Of a stretch of DNA of 64,000 nucleotides, positions 8,753-18,181 are shown in pieces. Each line of letters begins with the position of its first letter. Within the stretch, counting starts at the first letter, position 1. Made by a program: the position numbers and the translations under genes. The notes under the pieces are model-generated. The model was given only the letters and a program-made list of their open reading frames with translations. It was not told the DNA's origin and did no database searches. The stretch lies in NCBI GenBank assembly GCA_963662285.2, contig CAXXMV010000001.1, positions 288,001 through 352,000 of the forward strand, in the 5' to 3' direction. The stretch is from a bacterium. GTDB taxonomy: Bacteria > Hinthialibacterota > Hinthialibacteria > Hinthialibacterales > Hinthialibacteraceae.

Positions 8753-9913
8753 CTAATTTTCACGATCAAGGCGGTCAATAATTTCATCTTTTGGATTTAT
8801 CCCTGTACTAAGAGTACTAGTATCATTAACGCTACGTTTTGGGGAATGTGTTGAATGGTAGGCATCCCTCCATGGTATATTGTCTGGCAACATGTACTCC
8901 AAGTTACACCTTAATTGACGTTCACTCCTGGAATTATCTATGATTTGAAATGGAGTTTCTTCTTTACCGGTCATATTCTTCAAAAATTTCGAAATTTTAC
9001 TACATGTGGCTCTAAAACTTTGTTGATTGGTTGTGTTCATACTTTGTATGGTGAATCGTGTTTTCTCTTTGCCAGGATAATCGAGATGACTTAGCAATAG
9101 ATCGAGTAATGTTTTTCCACCTCGTTTCCCAATTAATCCAATTTCTTCAGGAGAGAATTTTGTTGGAGGACGTTTCTTTGATTTGAATTCAATTTTTAAA
9201 TCGGAGTCATTAATTGCAATAAAGGTAATTGATAAATTTTCCCACGGCTCATCGTTCAAAGGAAATGGCCAACTATGTTCTGGATGATTAATGTTATCAG
9301 TTGCATTGCTTTTGCGTTGAATCTCGCGCATTGCTGTTTCTATGTTCTCAATATATTGTCTACGTTGAATCTCTAGATTATCTAATCCTTCTGCAAATGT
9401 GACTTCTTGCGCAATGAAATGGTCTAACAGATCATTGCCATCCCATAGTTGTTTGTAAAACGGTAGCCCATCCCAACTAATACCGTTTGTCCGAATAAGT
9501 GGTTCAATGCGATAATATGCTTCTTCAATGGCATCTCGAATCGGCCACCATGGAATATCGTTGGGATTTTTTGAGAATTGAATACTCCTTACTATTGAAT
9601 TTTCTGTGATCGGTTCAAACGGACAATCTCCAACTTTGGGGATTAATGTCGAATCGGTTAGTACGGCAGATCGGTTTTTATCTTGATCATAACATGCGAT
9701 TGATTCCCCAATCGTCCCCCTGCCCCAAGGGATATCCTTGATTGTATTTATTTGCATATCAAGAAGGTCTTGCGCTCCAAAAAAATATGAATACGTTTCT
9801 TTACCCAATTCAAACTCTCTAGCCCAATGAAGACACCATTTGGTAGCTTTGAAATGGAGGTTAATAAGACGCTGTAAATGTAGGCATTGTTGAATAGAAT
9901 TTTTTTGTTCCAT
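8753..9913 (-). CDS. Hypothetical protein; probable C-terminal winged-helix DNA-binding domain
   Basis: 386-aa ORF starting 2 nt after the int stop. The C-terminal WENLSITF...FSPEEIGL...SFRATCSKISKFLKNMTG..PF resembles an OmpR-like wHTH; the N-terminus is unrecognised. Confidence 0.55.
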   Translation of the reverse strand: MEQKNSIQQCLHLQRLINLHFKATKWCLHWAREFELGKETYSYFFGAQDLLDMQINTIKDIPWGRGTIGESIACYDQDKNRSAVLTDSTLIPKVGDCPFEPITENSIVRSIQFSKNPNDIPWWPIRDAIEEAYYRIEPLIRTNGISWDGLPFYKQLWDGNDLLDHFIAQEVTFAEGLDNLEIQRRQYIENIETAMREIQRKSNATDNINHPEHSWPFPLNDEPWENLSITFIAINDSDLKIEFKSKKRPPTKFSPEEIGLIGKRGGKTLLDLLLSHLDYPGKEKTRFTIQSMNTTNQQSFRATCSKISKFLKNMTGKEETPFQIIDNSRSERQLRCNLEYMLPDNIPWRDAYHSTHSPKRSVNDTSTLSTGINPKDEIIDRLDREN

Positions 9914-9915
9914 TA

Positions 9916-10959
9916 TTACCCAAATTTCAACCCATTCACCGCATCCTGTAAATGATCGGGAGCCAGATGTGAATAAAGCCGTGTCGTTTCAGTACTCGAA
10001 TGCCCGAGTAAGGCGGCAACCGTATAGAGCGGCGTCCCGGCCATAACCAAGTGCGAGGCGAAGGAATGGCGTAGCGTATGCGCCGTTACCTTATTGTCTC
10101 CTTCGATTGGTAATCCCGATAGGTTCACTAATCGCCGGAATCGTTTTTTCATTCCTTCATAGGTGACCTCAATCACCATTTCAGAACCTGGATTCGATTC
10201 AAGTCGTGCCTTAAGAAACTCACAGAGATCTTTATTCATGGGGATGACACGTGTCTTTCGCGTCTTAGTTGTCCAATCTTGGCGGGGAGCAATTGTGATG
10301 ATGCGTTGATCGAAATTGATGTCTTGCCAGCGCAAAGCAAGGGCTTCTCCAGCCCGTAAACCGGCATTCAGTCCCAGCATCACATAGGCGTCTAATTCGG
10401 GAGATAGTTGTTCGGCGGTTTCTCGTAATTTAGCGATTTCCTCTTTTGAAAGAAAACGTAACCGCCCCTCATCTTCTTGCAGTTTCTTGGCCTTGGGGAT
10501 CGCAGTCTCCGGCATCATGTCCCAATCCACGGCTTTTCGGAGCATTGCGAGAAGGGCATGATGCGTTTCAATATTGACTGTCCGGGTTTTTACCGATTGC
10601 AGCCTGTAACGTTGGTAAGCCTCGATCTGGGATGCTGAGATGTTCTTAAGGGCCGTTGACTCCCCAAAGAAAGGCAAGATGAAATTCTCTAACAGCAGCC
10701 CTTTGTTGTGAGCCCAGCGGGGAGCCATTGTCGTCCTGCAATGCTCCAGATACTTATCTGTTAATTCCCGGAGAGTGTATCGCTTGAGCGTGGTTGGTAA
10801 GTCGTTGTACTCCTTAGCTTCTTCCACCTTATACTGGTTGAGTACCTCTAATGCGATCTTCTTTTTATCGGTCTTGGTGGATACGCGCTTCCACCGTCCA
10901 TTTACCTTATACTGGACATACCAGATGTCGCTTTTGGGCTTTTTAATGAGGCTGGCCAT
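9916..10959 (-). CDS. Tyrosine recombinase / phage integrase
   Basis: Arm-binding N-terminus (WYVQYKVNGRWKRVSTKT) and catalytic residues GLRAGE, K, HTLRH, LGH, Y. AAGGAG RBS before MASL. Confidence 0.95.
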   Translation of the reverse strand: MASLIKKPKSDIWYVQYKVNGRWKRVSTKTDKKKIALEVLNQYKVEEAKEYNDLPTTLKRYTLRELTDKYLEHCRTTMAPRWAHNKGLLLENFILPFFGESTALKNISASQIEAYQRYRLQSVKTRTVNIETHHALLAMLRKAVDWDMMPETAIPKAKKLQEDEGRLRFLSKEEIAKLRETAEQLSPELDAYVMLGLNAGLRAGEALALRWQDINFDQRIITIAPRQDWTTKTRKTRVIPMNKDLCEFLKARLESNPGSEMVIEVTYEGMKKRFRRLVNLSGLPIEGDNKVTAHTLRHSFASHLVMAGTPLYTVAALLGHSSTETTRLYSHLAPDHLQDAVNGLKFG

Positions 10960-11179
10960 GTGTTTCTCCTTGAAGAGTACATAAAAAATACACAAAAGAT
11001 TGTGTACTCTTATACTGTCCTCTCATGATTCACCATATCGAAAACAATGTTACCCAAACCGATAGTACATACAACAGTACACAATAAAACAGCGAAAACA
11101 AGGGAAATAGAGGGAATTGCAGGAAAGTCGTGAGTTGAGAAAAGCCTTTATTTATAGGGTTTTTGAGGATTTTTGGGAA

Positions 11180-11252
11180 AGCGGGAGACGGGGTTCGAAC
11201 CCGCGACCCTCAGCTTGGGAAGCTGATGCTCTACCAACTGAGCTACTCCCGC
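11180..11252 (-). tRNA. tRNA-Gly (anticodon CCC), CCA not encoded
   Basis: GCGGGAGTAGCTCAGTTGGTAGAGCATCAGCTTCCCAAGCTGAGGGTCGCGGGTTCGAACCCCGTCTCCCGCT folds as a canonical cloverleaf. Upstream TTGACA-17-AATAAT at 11301-11273. Confidence 0.97.
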
Positions 11253-11518
11253 ATTTTATTTACGTTAACCTTATTATTCGGTTTTTTTATAGTTGTGTCA
11301 AGCGAATGCAATTCAATATCTTTTTTCAACTACTCATCATTTACATGCATTATTAATCTATAAGCATCATTATTTCTTAGTAATTACATCTGCTTTTATT
11401 TGATCATTTACTGATCGGTGTTCTCTGTTCAAGGGTAGATGGTTGGTATAGAATTGATAGGTGGTTAATTTTTTCTTGATTCGGATAATTTATCCAATAT
11501 AAATTAAGGTATTTTAAT

Positions 11519-12640
11519 GTGAAGATCGAATCCATTGATGTATATCCAGTGTATTATCCAACTAAAGGACGCTTCAAATTTCTTGAATCGCCTGACGGCA
11601 AACGAACCGGGCGGGCTGCGGTTTTGGTGAAAATAACGGCGGATGATGGAACTTTCGGTTGGGGAGAATGCGTTCCGGTTCATACCTGGGCCTACGAGAC
11701 GCTTGAATCCGTTACTTTTACCATTCGGCGTTATTTGACTCCCGTTTTGATTGGTGAAGATCCCTTTGATCTTGTCGGTATCCATAAGATTATGGATCAA
11801 ACAATCCGTCCGGGATTCACTACTGGTCAACCCATGAGCAAAGCGGGGATTGATATCGCTTTGCATGATCTATGCTGTAAATCGTTGAATTGTTCTCTGG
11901 CGCAATACTGGGGAGGATCGCCCAAAAGTGAAATAGAACTAAGTTGGACATTGAATCCTGCCAGCCTGGATGACCTTGATGGAATGATAGATGCCGGATG
12001 GGATAAAGGCTTTCGTAATTTTAACGTAAAAGTCGCTCCTGATCCGCTTTATGATATTGAACTATGCCGCAGAGTAAAACAGCGCGTTCCAGACGGCTTC
12101 TTGTGGGCGGACGCCAATGGTGGCTATGATCTTTCATCCGCCCTGGCGGCGGCGCCCAAACTGGCGGAAATAGGGGTTGACGTGTTGGAAGCGCCCTTGC
12201 CGCCAAACCACATTTCCGGCTATCAGCGCCTCAAACAGCAAGGCGCTTTGCCCATAATCATGGATGAGGGGGTAATCGCGGTTCGCGACTTGATTGAATT
12301 CATTAAGTTAGACATGCTTGACGGCGTAGCCATGAAACCAGCCCGCTGTGGTGGGTTGCTCACCGCACGCAAGCAAATTGAGATTATTCTGGATGCGGGT
12401 ATGATATTCCTGGGCAGCGGTTTATCTGATCCTGATGTTACATTATCCGCATCATTAGCCCTTTTTGGCGCTTTTGATTTATACTACCCGGCAGCATTGA
12501 ATGGACCACAATTCCTGGATTACAGCGTTTTGACCTCTCCTTTAAAATTGAATGAAGGTAAACTGAGAGTTCCCTCAGGCCCTGGTTTGGGAATTGAGGT
12601 AAATGAAAACAAGATTCAGGAAATCCAAGTAGAACCATAA
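11519..12640 (+). CDS. Mandelate racemase / muconate lactonizing enzyme family protein
   Basis: GWGEC, AGIDIALHDL, WADANGG, LEAP, MDEG, MKPARCGG, PGLG. The catalytic KxK appears as NVK. Confidence 0.9.
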   Translation: MKIESIDVYPVYYPTKGRFKFLESPDGKRTGRAAVLVKITADDGTFGWGECVPVHTWAYETLESVTFTIRRYLTPVLIGEDPFDLVGIHKIMDQTIRPGFTTGQPMSKAGIDIALHDLCCKSLNCSLAQYWGGSPKSEIELSWTLNPASLDDLDGMIDAGWDKGFRNFNVKVAPDPLYDIELCRRVKQRVPDGFLWADANGGYDLSSALAAAPKLAEIGVDVLEAPLPPNHISGYQRLKQQGALPIIMDEGVIAVRDLIEFIKLDMLDGVAMKPARCGGLLTARKQIEIILDAGMIFLGSGLSDPDVTLSASLALFGAFDLYYPAALNGPQFLDYSVLTSPLKLNEGKLRVPSGPGLGIEVNENKIQEIQVEP

Positions 12641-13914
12641 TGCCAAAATATCTTTTGCAACTAGGGCATTGCCCTGACATATCTTATGCTGAAATTGCAG
12701 CAGTGCATGATCGTCTTCCAGTAAATCTGACTTCCATTGATATGGATCAGGATATCGTTATTGCTAAAAGTGATGATACCAGCAATATCAAATCTTTTTG
12801 CAATGAACTGGGCGGAACAATTCGCGCCGCCAAAATTTTATTTACTAAACCGCCGGAAATATCTATCAAGGATGAACTTACGCCGGATTATCTTCTCGAA
12901 GTATTTGATGCGGCTCATATTGTGGAACAACTCAAGGAACGCTCCAAACGTCCCATTTTCGGAATTTCGATCTTAGGCGACTTGCCTCAAAATTTCAGTA
13001 AAAAAGATGCTTATTCGCTACTCCACGAAACAGCTGACTTATTAAAACAAAAATTAAAAGATAATGATGCTTCATCCCGCTTCGTGATGCCTGATCCAAA
13101 AGGTGGGTCATTATGTCTTAGCGGAGCGCAGGTTAAAAACAACAACTTATTTAATGATGGCATGGAAATTTGCATCCGGCTTAATCAATCAATGGGAATA
13201 ACCATAGCTGAATCGGTTTGGCTGCAGGATTATGAAGATTATTCCAACCGGGATTATGGACGCCCGGGACGTGACGCCCATAGCGGAATGCTGCCGCCGA
13301 AACTGGCGCGAATCCTGATTAATCTGGCGCGCACTAAAGATACCGAGACCGTACTCGATCCATTCTGCGGCAGTGGTGGAATTATAACCGAAGCAGGAAT
13401 GATGGGATTGAACTCGACCGGTTTTGACAAAAGCCAGAAAGCCATTGATGATTCCATAAATAATTGGGAATGGCTTCAATCAAACACCGATAGCGCAACG
13501 GGCAGAGTTCGCGCTTTGTTGGGAGACGCACGTCAACTTCATACTCTTTGTTCGCCGCTATTCTTTGATTGCTGCGCTACGGAGCCATATCTTGGCCCGC
13601 CAATGAGCAAACCGCTTGATCCACAGCGTTTCGGGATTATATCTAATGAACTTATCCCATTATATATAAGAGTCTTAGGAGAAATCCGAACTGTTGTTAA
13701 GCCTGGTTCCAGGGTAGTATTCGTAGTTCCCCGTTTTCGTTTAAAAGAAAATGATTCATATGCAAATCTCCGGCTGCTTTCCGATATCAAACTGCTTGGC
13801 TATCATATTCTTGATCCATTATCTGATTTTGAACCAATTAAAGGGCGAACGCCTTTGGTTTATTCAAGACCCAGTCAGGTAGTACAGCGAGAAATATTCG
13901 TCTTGCAAGCTTAA
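12640..13914 (+). CDS. Trm11-like SAM-dependent RNA methyltransferase
   Basis: RDYGRPGRDAHSGMLPPKLARILINL, VLDPFCGSG (motif I), GDAR, TEPYLGP (motif IV variant). Confidence 0.7.
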   Translation: MPKYLLQLGHCPDISYAEIAAVHDRLPVNLTSIDMDQDIVIAKSDDTSNIKSFCNELGGTIRAAKILFTKPPEISIKDELTPDYLLEVFDAAHIVEQLKERSKRPIFGISILGDLPQNFSKKDAYSLLHETADLLKQKLKDNDASSRFVMPDPKGGSLCLSGAQVKNNNLFNDGMEICIRLNQSMGITIAESVWLQDYEDYSNRDYGRPGRDAHSGMLPPKLARILINLARTKDTETVLDPFCGSGGIITEAGMMGLNSTGFDKSQKAIDDSINNWEWLQSNTDSATGRVRALLGDARQLHTLCSPLFFDCCATEPYLGPPMSKPLDPQRFGIISNELIPLYIRVLGEIRTVVKPGSRVVFVVPRFRLKENDSYANLRLLSDIKLLGYHILDPLSDFEPIKGRTPLVYSRPSQVVQREIFVLQA

Positions 13915-13947
13915 TATAAAATTGCGTAACTCTCAAAAGAGACTTTT

Positions 13948-14631
13948 TTGAATCTCATGCAGCAGAATCCTATCCGCTTATATCTGGAACAACTCCATGC
14001 CTTAGGCATGGATTCTGTATATCTGTCTGAGAAAGCGCAGCAATTGCTTTCTCCTCCAGGTAATAAAGAGGCTTTAGACCAATTGGATCAATCACTTAAA
14101 GACTGCAAACTATGCCGACTATGTGAAAAACGGAAACAGGTGGTGTTTGGTGGAGGCAACCCGGATGCGCAGATTGTCTTTGTCGGTGAAGGTCCAGGCG
14201 CCGATGAGGATCAGCAGGGTATTCCGTTTGTCGGAAAAGCGGGACAACTGCTGACAGATATGATCGAAAAGGGTATGAATATAAAACGTAGGGATATCTA
14301 TATCTGCAATGTTATCAAATGCAGACCTCCCGGCAACCGTAATCCCGAAGTAGATGAAATCGCTGCTTGCGAACCGTTTTTGATCCAACAACTGGATATC
14401 ATTAAACCAAAAGTTATTGTGGCGCTGGGTAAATTCGCTGCGCAGACTTTACTGCAAATCGATACAGGAATTATGCGTATGCGTGGTAAATGGCATGAAT
14501 TCAGGGGAATTAAAGTCATGCCGACTTTTCATCCATCATACATTCTTCATATCAGAGATGCTCAAAAACAACGGGAAGAAAAAATCAAAATCTGGAATGA
14601 CCTTAAGATGGTACTTAAAGAATTAGGTTGA
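13948..14631 (+). CDS. Uracil-DNA glycosylase family 4 (Fe-S)
   Basis: CKLCRLC, GEGPGADED, PFVGKAG, KCRPPGNR, TFHPSY. Confidence 0.95.
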   Translation: MNLMQQNPIRLYLEQLHALGMDSVYLSEKAQQLLSPPGNKEALDQLDQSLKDCKLCRLCEKRKQVVFGGGNPDAQIVFVGEGPGADEDQQGIPFVGKAGQLLTDMIEKGMNIKRRDIYICNVIKCRPPGNRNPEVDEIAACEPFLIQQLDIIKPKVIVALGKFAAQTLLQIDTGIMRMRGKWHEFRGIKVMPTFHPSYILHIRDAQKQREEKIKIWNDLKMVLKELG

Positions 14632-14680
14632 GCTTCTGAAAATAGAACAATCTTGATTTATAGGGAAAGGATCAAAAACG

Positions 14681-15541
14681 GTGTCCATCAAGCAGATCAG
14701 CGTTGTTATTCCAGCCTACAATGAGGGGCCATGCATTGGCGAAGTTGTAAGCAAAATCCATAACGCCTTACAGGATATTGAATTTGAAATAATTGTGGTT
14801 AACGATGGCTCTTCTGATGACACCGCAGAAAAAGCATCCACCGCCGGCGCCAATGTGATAAATCATCACATCAACCGGGGTTATGGCGCCTCACTGAAAA
14901 CCGGCATTCGCAAAGCGCGTTTTGAATGGATTTCGCTTATTGATGCGGATGGTCAGCATAATCCTGACGATATACTGCGGTTAGTTTCAGAGATTGATCA
15001 AGGCTACGATCTGGTTATTGGCATCCGGGATAAATCTTCATTTCAATACGCCTCACGTATGCCGGGCAAAAATTTCCTACAATGGTTCGCAGGTTTTGTA
15101 GTGGGGATCAAACCTAAAGACGTCAATTCCGGTTTAAGAGTGTTTCGCAAATCTGATGTTTTACCCTATTTCCCGATACTGCCAAACAAATTTTCCTTCT
15201 CAACAACCATGACATTAGCTATGATCAAGGACGCTTATGAAGTGGGCGATGTATCTATACAGGTTTCATCCCGGCAGGGCAGACGTAGTACGGTTGCGTT
15301 GAAAGATGGTTTTCGAACCATCATGCTTATCGTTCGCATCGCCATGTTGTTTAATCCGCTCAAGGTATTTGTTCCCATCAGTGGATTATTATTCAGCGTT
15401 GGATCGCTTTATGCGCTCTTCGACCTAGTAAGGAAATTTAATATCCCTACAGGCGCGGAATTGTTGATGATAGCAAGCGTTATTATTTTCAGTTTCGGCG
15501 TACTGGCTGATCAGATTGCTTCTATTCGGCGGGGGGGATGA
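14681..15541 (+). CDS. Glycosyltransferase family 2
   Basis: VVIPAYNE, VNDGSSD, NRGYG, DADGQH, two C-terminal TM helices. Confidence 0.9.
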   Translation: MSIKQISVVIPAYNEGPCIGEVVSKIHNALQDIEFEIIVVNDGSSDDTAEKASTAGANVINHHINRGYGASLKTGIRKARFEWISLIDADGQHNPDDILRLVSEIDQGYDLVIGIRDKSSFQYASRMPGKNFLQWFAGFVVGIKPKDVNSGLRVFRKSDVLPYFPILPNKFSFSTTMTLAMIKDAYEVGDVSIQVSSRQGRRSTVALKDGFRTIMLIVRIAMLFNPLKVFVPISGLLFSVGSLYALFDLVRKFNIPTGAELLMIASVIIFSFGVLADQIASIRRGG

Positions 15542-16346
15542 ATACGGCGAAACGTTTTTCCTGAGTTACCGGCAGTGGTTTATATGGGACCAGGAGTTGA
15601 ATGGCTGCCTGCGCTTTTGGATCTAATGATATCTTGAAATAACTGACTCCTACTATGCTATTCGAATTTAAGTCCTTATAAGGCTTTAAGATACGACGCA
15701 CCCAGGTTTGCTTATCCCAACCAAGGCTTTTGGAGATATAATATAAAAATTTTTCATTACATACAAAACCCCTGTCTGTAAAACACCAGGTCGAAGCAGG
15801 ATTCCATACAGCTTCGTATCGAATCGCGGTCTCCTCAGGGTGATCTTTAGCGTCGAGCGCGAATCCGTATGATTTATGGATAATATCTGAATCGAAGCGC
15901 CATGACGCCCAAACCGCAGCATCAGTTTTAGCGCTGCTTGGATTAATTGCTGTGATATCAAGTACGCCTACCTTCAATTCGTCAGTGGCTTTATCGATTA
16001 TGGTTTGACTGAATTGAAAATCGTAGCGGCAATTGGTTTCTCTAGTGCTGCACGCTATCGTTCCTTTAGCCGCTGACCGCAACATAAAGGGAGTCAATGA
16101 GCGGGGGGGATCGCCGATAAATATCAGCAGTTCTCCTTCAGCGCCGCGCAAAGCTGTATCCGGGGTAACCACCATACCGGAACTGATCAAACGGGGTTGG
16201 GGGGGGGTAGGAGTGGAGGGCGTCTCTTGGCTATAGGGCCGGGGTACCAATCCAATAATAATACAAATAACAATCCCTGAAATGGAACAGACGAACCATC
16301 TCAGGGATAGAAATTTCTTTGTGAATATCAGGATTGTTTTTTTCAT
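15522..16346 (-). CDS. Hypothetical exported protein
   Basis: Long ORF with an N-terminal hydrophobic segment and a Pro/Thr linker. Start uncertain. Confidence 0.55.
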   Translation of the reverse strand: MKKTILIFTKKFLSLRWFVCSISGIVICIIIGLVPRPYSQETPSTPTPPQPRLISSGMVVTPDTALRGAEGELLIFIGDPPRSLTPFMLRSAAKGTIACSTRETNCRYDFQFSQTIIDKATDELKVGVLDITAINPSSAKTDAAVWASWRFDSDIIHKSYGFALDAKDHPEETAIRYEAVWNPASTWCFTDRGFVCNEKFLYYISKSLGWDKQTWVRRILKPYKDLNSNSIVGVSYFKISLDPKAQAAIQLLVPYKPLPVTQEKRFAVFIPPAE

Positions 16347-16407
16347 ACCGCAACTTTCTAAAATCGCGGATTTTATTATATAGTTAATAGTCGTGGACCA
16401 AAAACTA

Positions 16408-16860
16408 TTATTCTTTTTCAACCCAGACTTTTATTTCACTATCAACCTCGCCCGACAAACGAACCTGAACGGTATACACTCCAAGAGCGCGGATGGGTTC
16501 TTTCAGGATAATTTTACGACGATTGATTTTGATGCCTTTTTCCGATATCGCATTAGCAATGTTCTGCGATGTTACGCTTCCAAACACACGATCTTCTTCA
16601 CCGACTTTAACGGGAATATGAATGGATAATTCAGATAAACGCGTTGCTAAATCCTGATCATCTTTAATGCGCCGTTTACTTAAATCCTGTACTTGCTTTT
16701 GCTTATGTGCTAGCTGGGCGGCATTGACGCTTGATGCGGAATAAGCTATTCCTCTGGGGATCAAGAAGTTACGCGCATATCCCCCTTTAACGTTGACGAC
16801 TTGGCCTTCACTGCCCAGGGTTGGAATGGATTCTGCTAGGATTACTTGCATGGTAGCCAT
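16408..16860 (-). CDS. rplI: 50S ribosomal protein L9
   Basis: LGSEGQVVNVKGGYARNFLIPRG and VFGSVT motifs. Confidence 0.97.
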   Translation of the reverse strand: MATMQVILAESIPTLGSEGQVVNVKGGYARNFLIPRGIAYSASSVNAAQLAHKQKQVQDLSKRRIKDDQDLATRLSELSIHIPVKVGEEDRVFGSVTSQNIANAISEKGIKINRRKIILKEPIRALGVYTVQVRLSGEVDSEIKVWVEKE

Positions 16861-17145
16861 GATTTTTCTGGCTCTCCTTCGTCTTTACTATTATTCGTAT
16901 CTGCTTTATAAACAGGTCATTCGCTTGATTGTTTTGTCTAAAACAAAGATAAGAGAGTATTATTGTATCATATACCCCATTTTGACAAGGGGCGTACAAT
17001 GGAGGACTGGATATTCGAGTTTGCCAAAAACAGTCTTTCCCCTAGAAATATCATTAGAAAACCAGATATCAACCATGTATTATCTTCTTAAAATTCAAGG
17101 TGTTTAAGCATTATTCTTTTCATTCAAGAGAATTGACCTGTTCCA

Positions 17146-17721
17146 TCATTTTTTAGGTTTCTTTGATTTTAGTTTGGTAAATTTCGATCCTTCCAGGGTA
17201 AGATTATACATCAGCCCTTTTTGTCCAATTACGAATCCGATTATGGGATCTTTGATCTGGGTTGTATCAACGGATTTTCCTTTACCAACATCAATTATGG
17301 CGATTGAACCGTCAACCCCCGCTTTCCAGCCTTTGCTTTTTTGAAATTGTTTGAGCGCTTTTTCTTGCACGAAGATCAAAATAATATCTTTCTTTTGCGC
17401 TCCTAATTGAAAACCGAAAGAAGCGGAACCCATGCTGTAATAATCGACGGTTTTATCTTCTACAATTAACGCGCCTTCACCATATTCGCCGCCTACGATA
17501 AAACCGGCTTTGAAGACATTTGGGATAATCAAAATTCCCTTGGCGATATTCAGAAATTCTTTGGCGCCCTCAACATCTTTCTTGAAACGCTTCATCGTCT
17601 CTTTTACTTTTGCGTCTATTTCCTTAGCCGTCGCGGCGTCAGCAACATTTTGAATACTAAAAACAGTGATTAATGACAATATGATCATAGTTAAAGAGAA
17701 ACGAATAATTCTTTGATTCAT
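17146..17721 (-). CDS. YSC84/SYLF lipid-binding domain protein
   Basis: Signal peptide; AKGILIIPNVFKAGFIVGGEYGEG, SFGFQLGAQ, KGLMYNLTLEGSKF. Confidence 0.88.
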   Translation of the reverse strand: MNQRIIRFSLTMIILSLITVFSIQNVADAATAKEIDAKVKETMKRFKKDVEGAKEFLNIAKGILIIPNVFKAGFIVGGEYGEGALIVEDKTVDYYSMGSASFGFQLGAQKKDIILIFVQEKALKQFQKSKGWKAGVDGSIAIIDVGKGKSVDTTQIKDPIIGFVIGQKGLMYNLTLEGSKFTKLKSKKPKK

Positions 17722-18181
17722 TTTGGTATCATCCTTTTATCTGGAATTACACATATGGAATTATTATGTAAACTTATTTCATCTGAACTTGTCGAGCTTG
17801 GCATGAAAAAAGATATTGTCAACCATTATTTAAGTATAAGTATCCAGTCACCAATTATCGTCAGGCCTGATGCAGTTAAAACCATTCCACGCTCACCCCC
17901 GAAAGACTTAAGTTCTCAGGTCTTATCAAAATAATCAATATTTATTCTCCTCCAATAGAAAAGGATTCTTGAGATGATAGAACATAACTTGAGTCAAATA
18001 TCATCTGTTATAGAAAGCCCATCTTCATTGGCTTTCTATAACACGAATCATAACGCAATTATTCAGACCTCTATAATCTCCTGTTATTCCAAGATTTAAC
18101 CCTCAAGTAGACTCTTCTTCATTTTTTTGAGATAATCCCATCATTCGGTTTATTTTGTATTTTTATCAAACGGGAGAAATC

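Larger units (their letters stand above)
5088..11180 (-). mobile_element. Integrative element (phage-satellite/IME-like) at the 3' end of tRNA-Gly; left boundary uncertain
   Basis: Gene order int - regulator - xis - primase/DUF3987 - hypothetical - PC4 SSB, directly beside the tRNA 3' end. No duplicated att core was found by eye. Confidence 0.8.
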
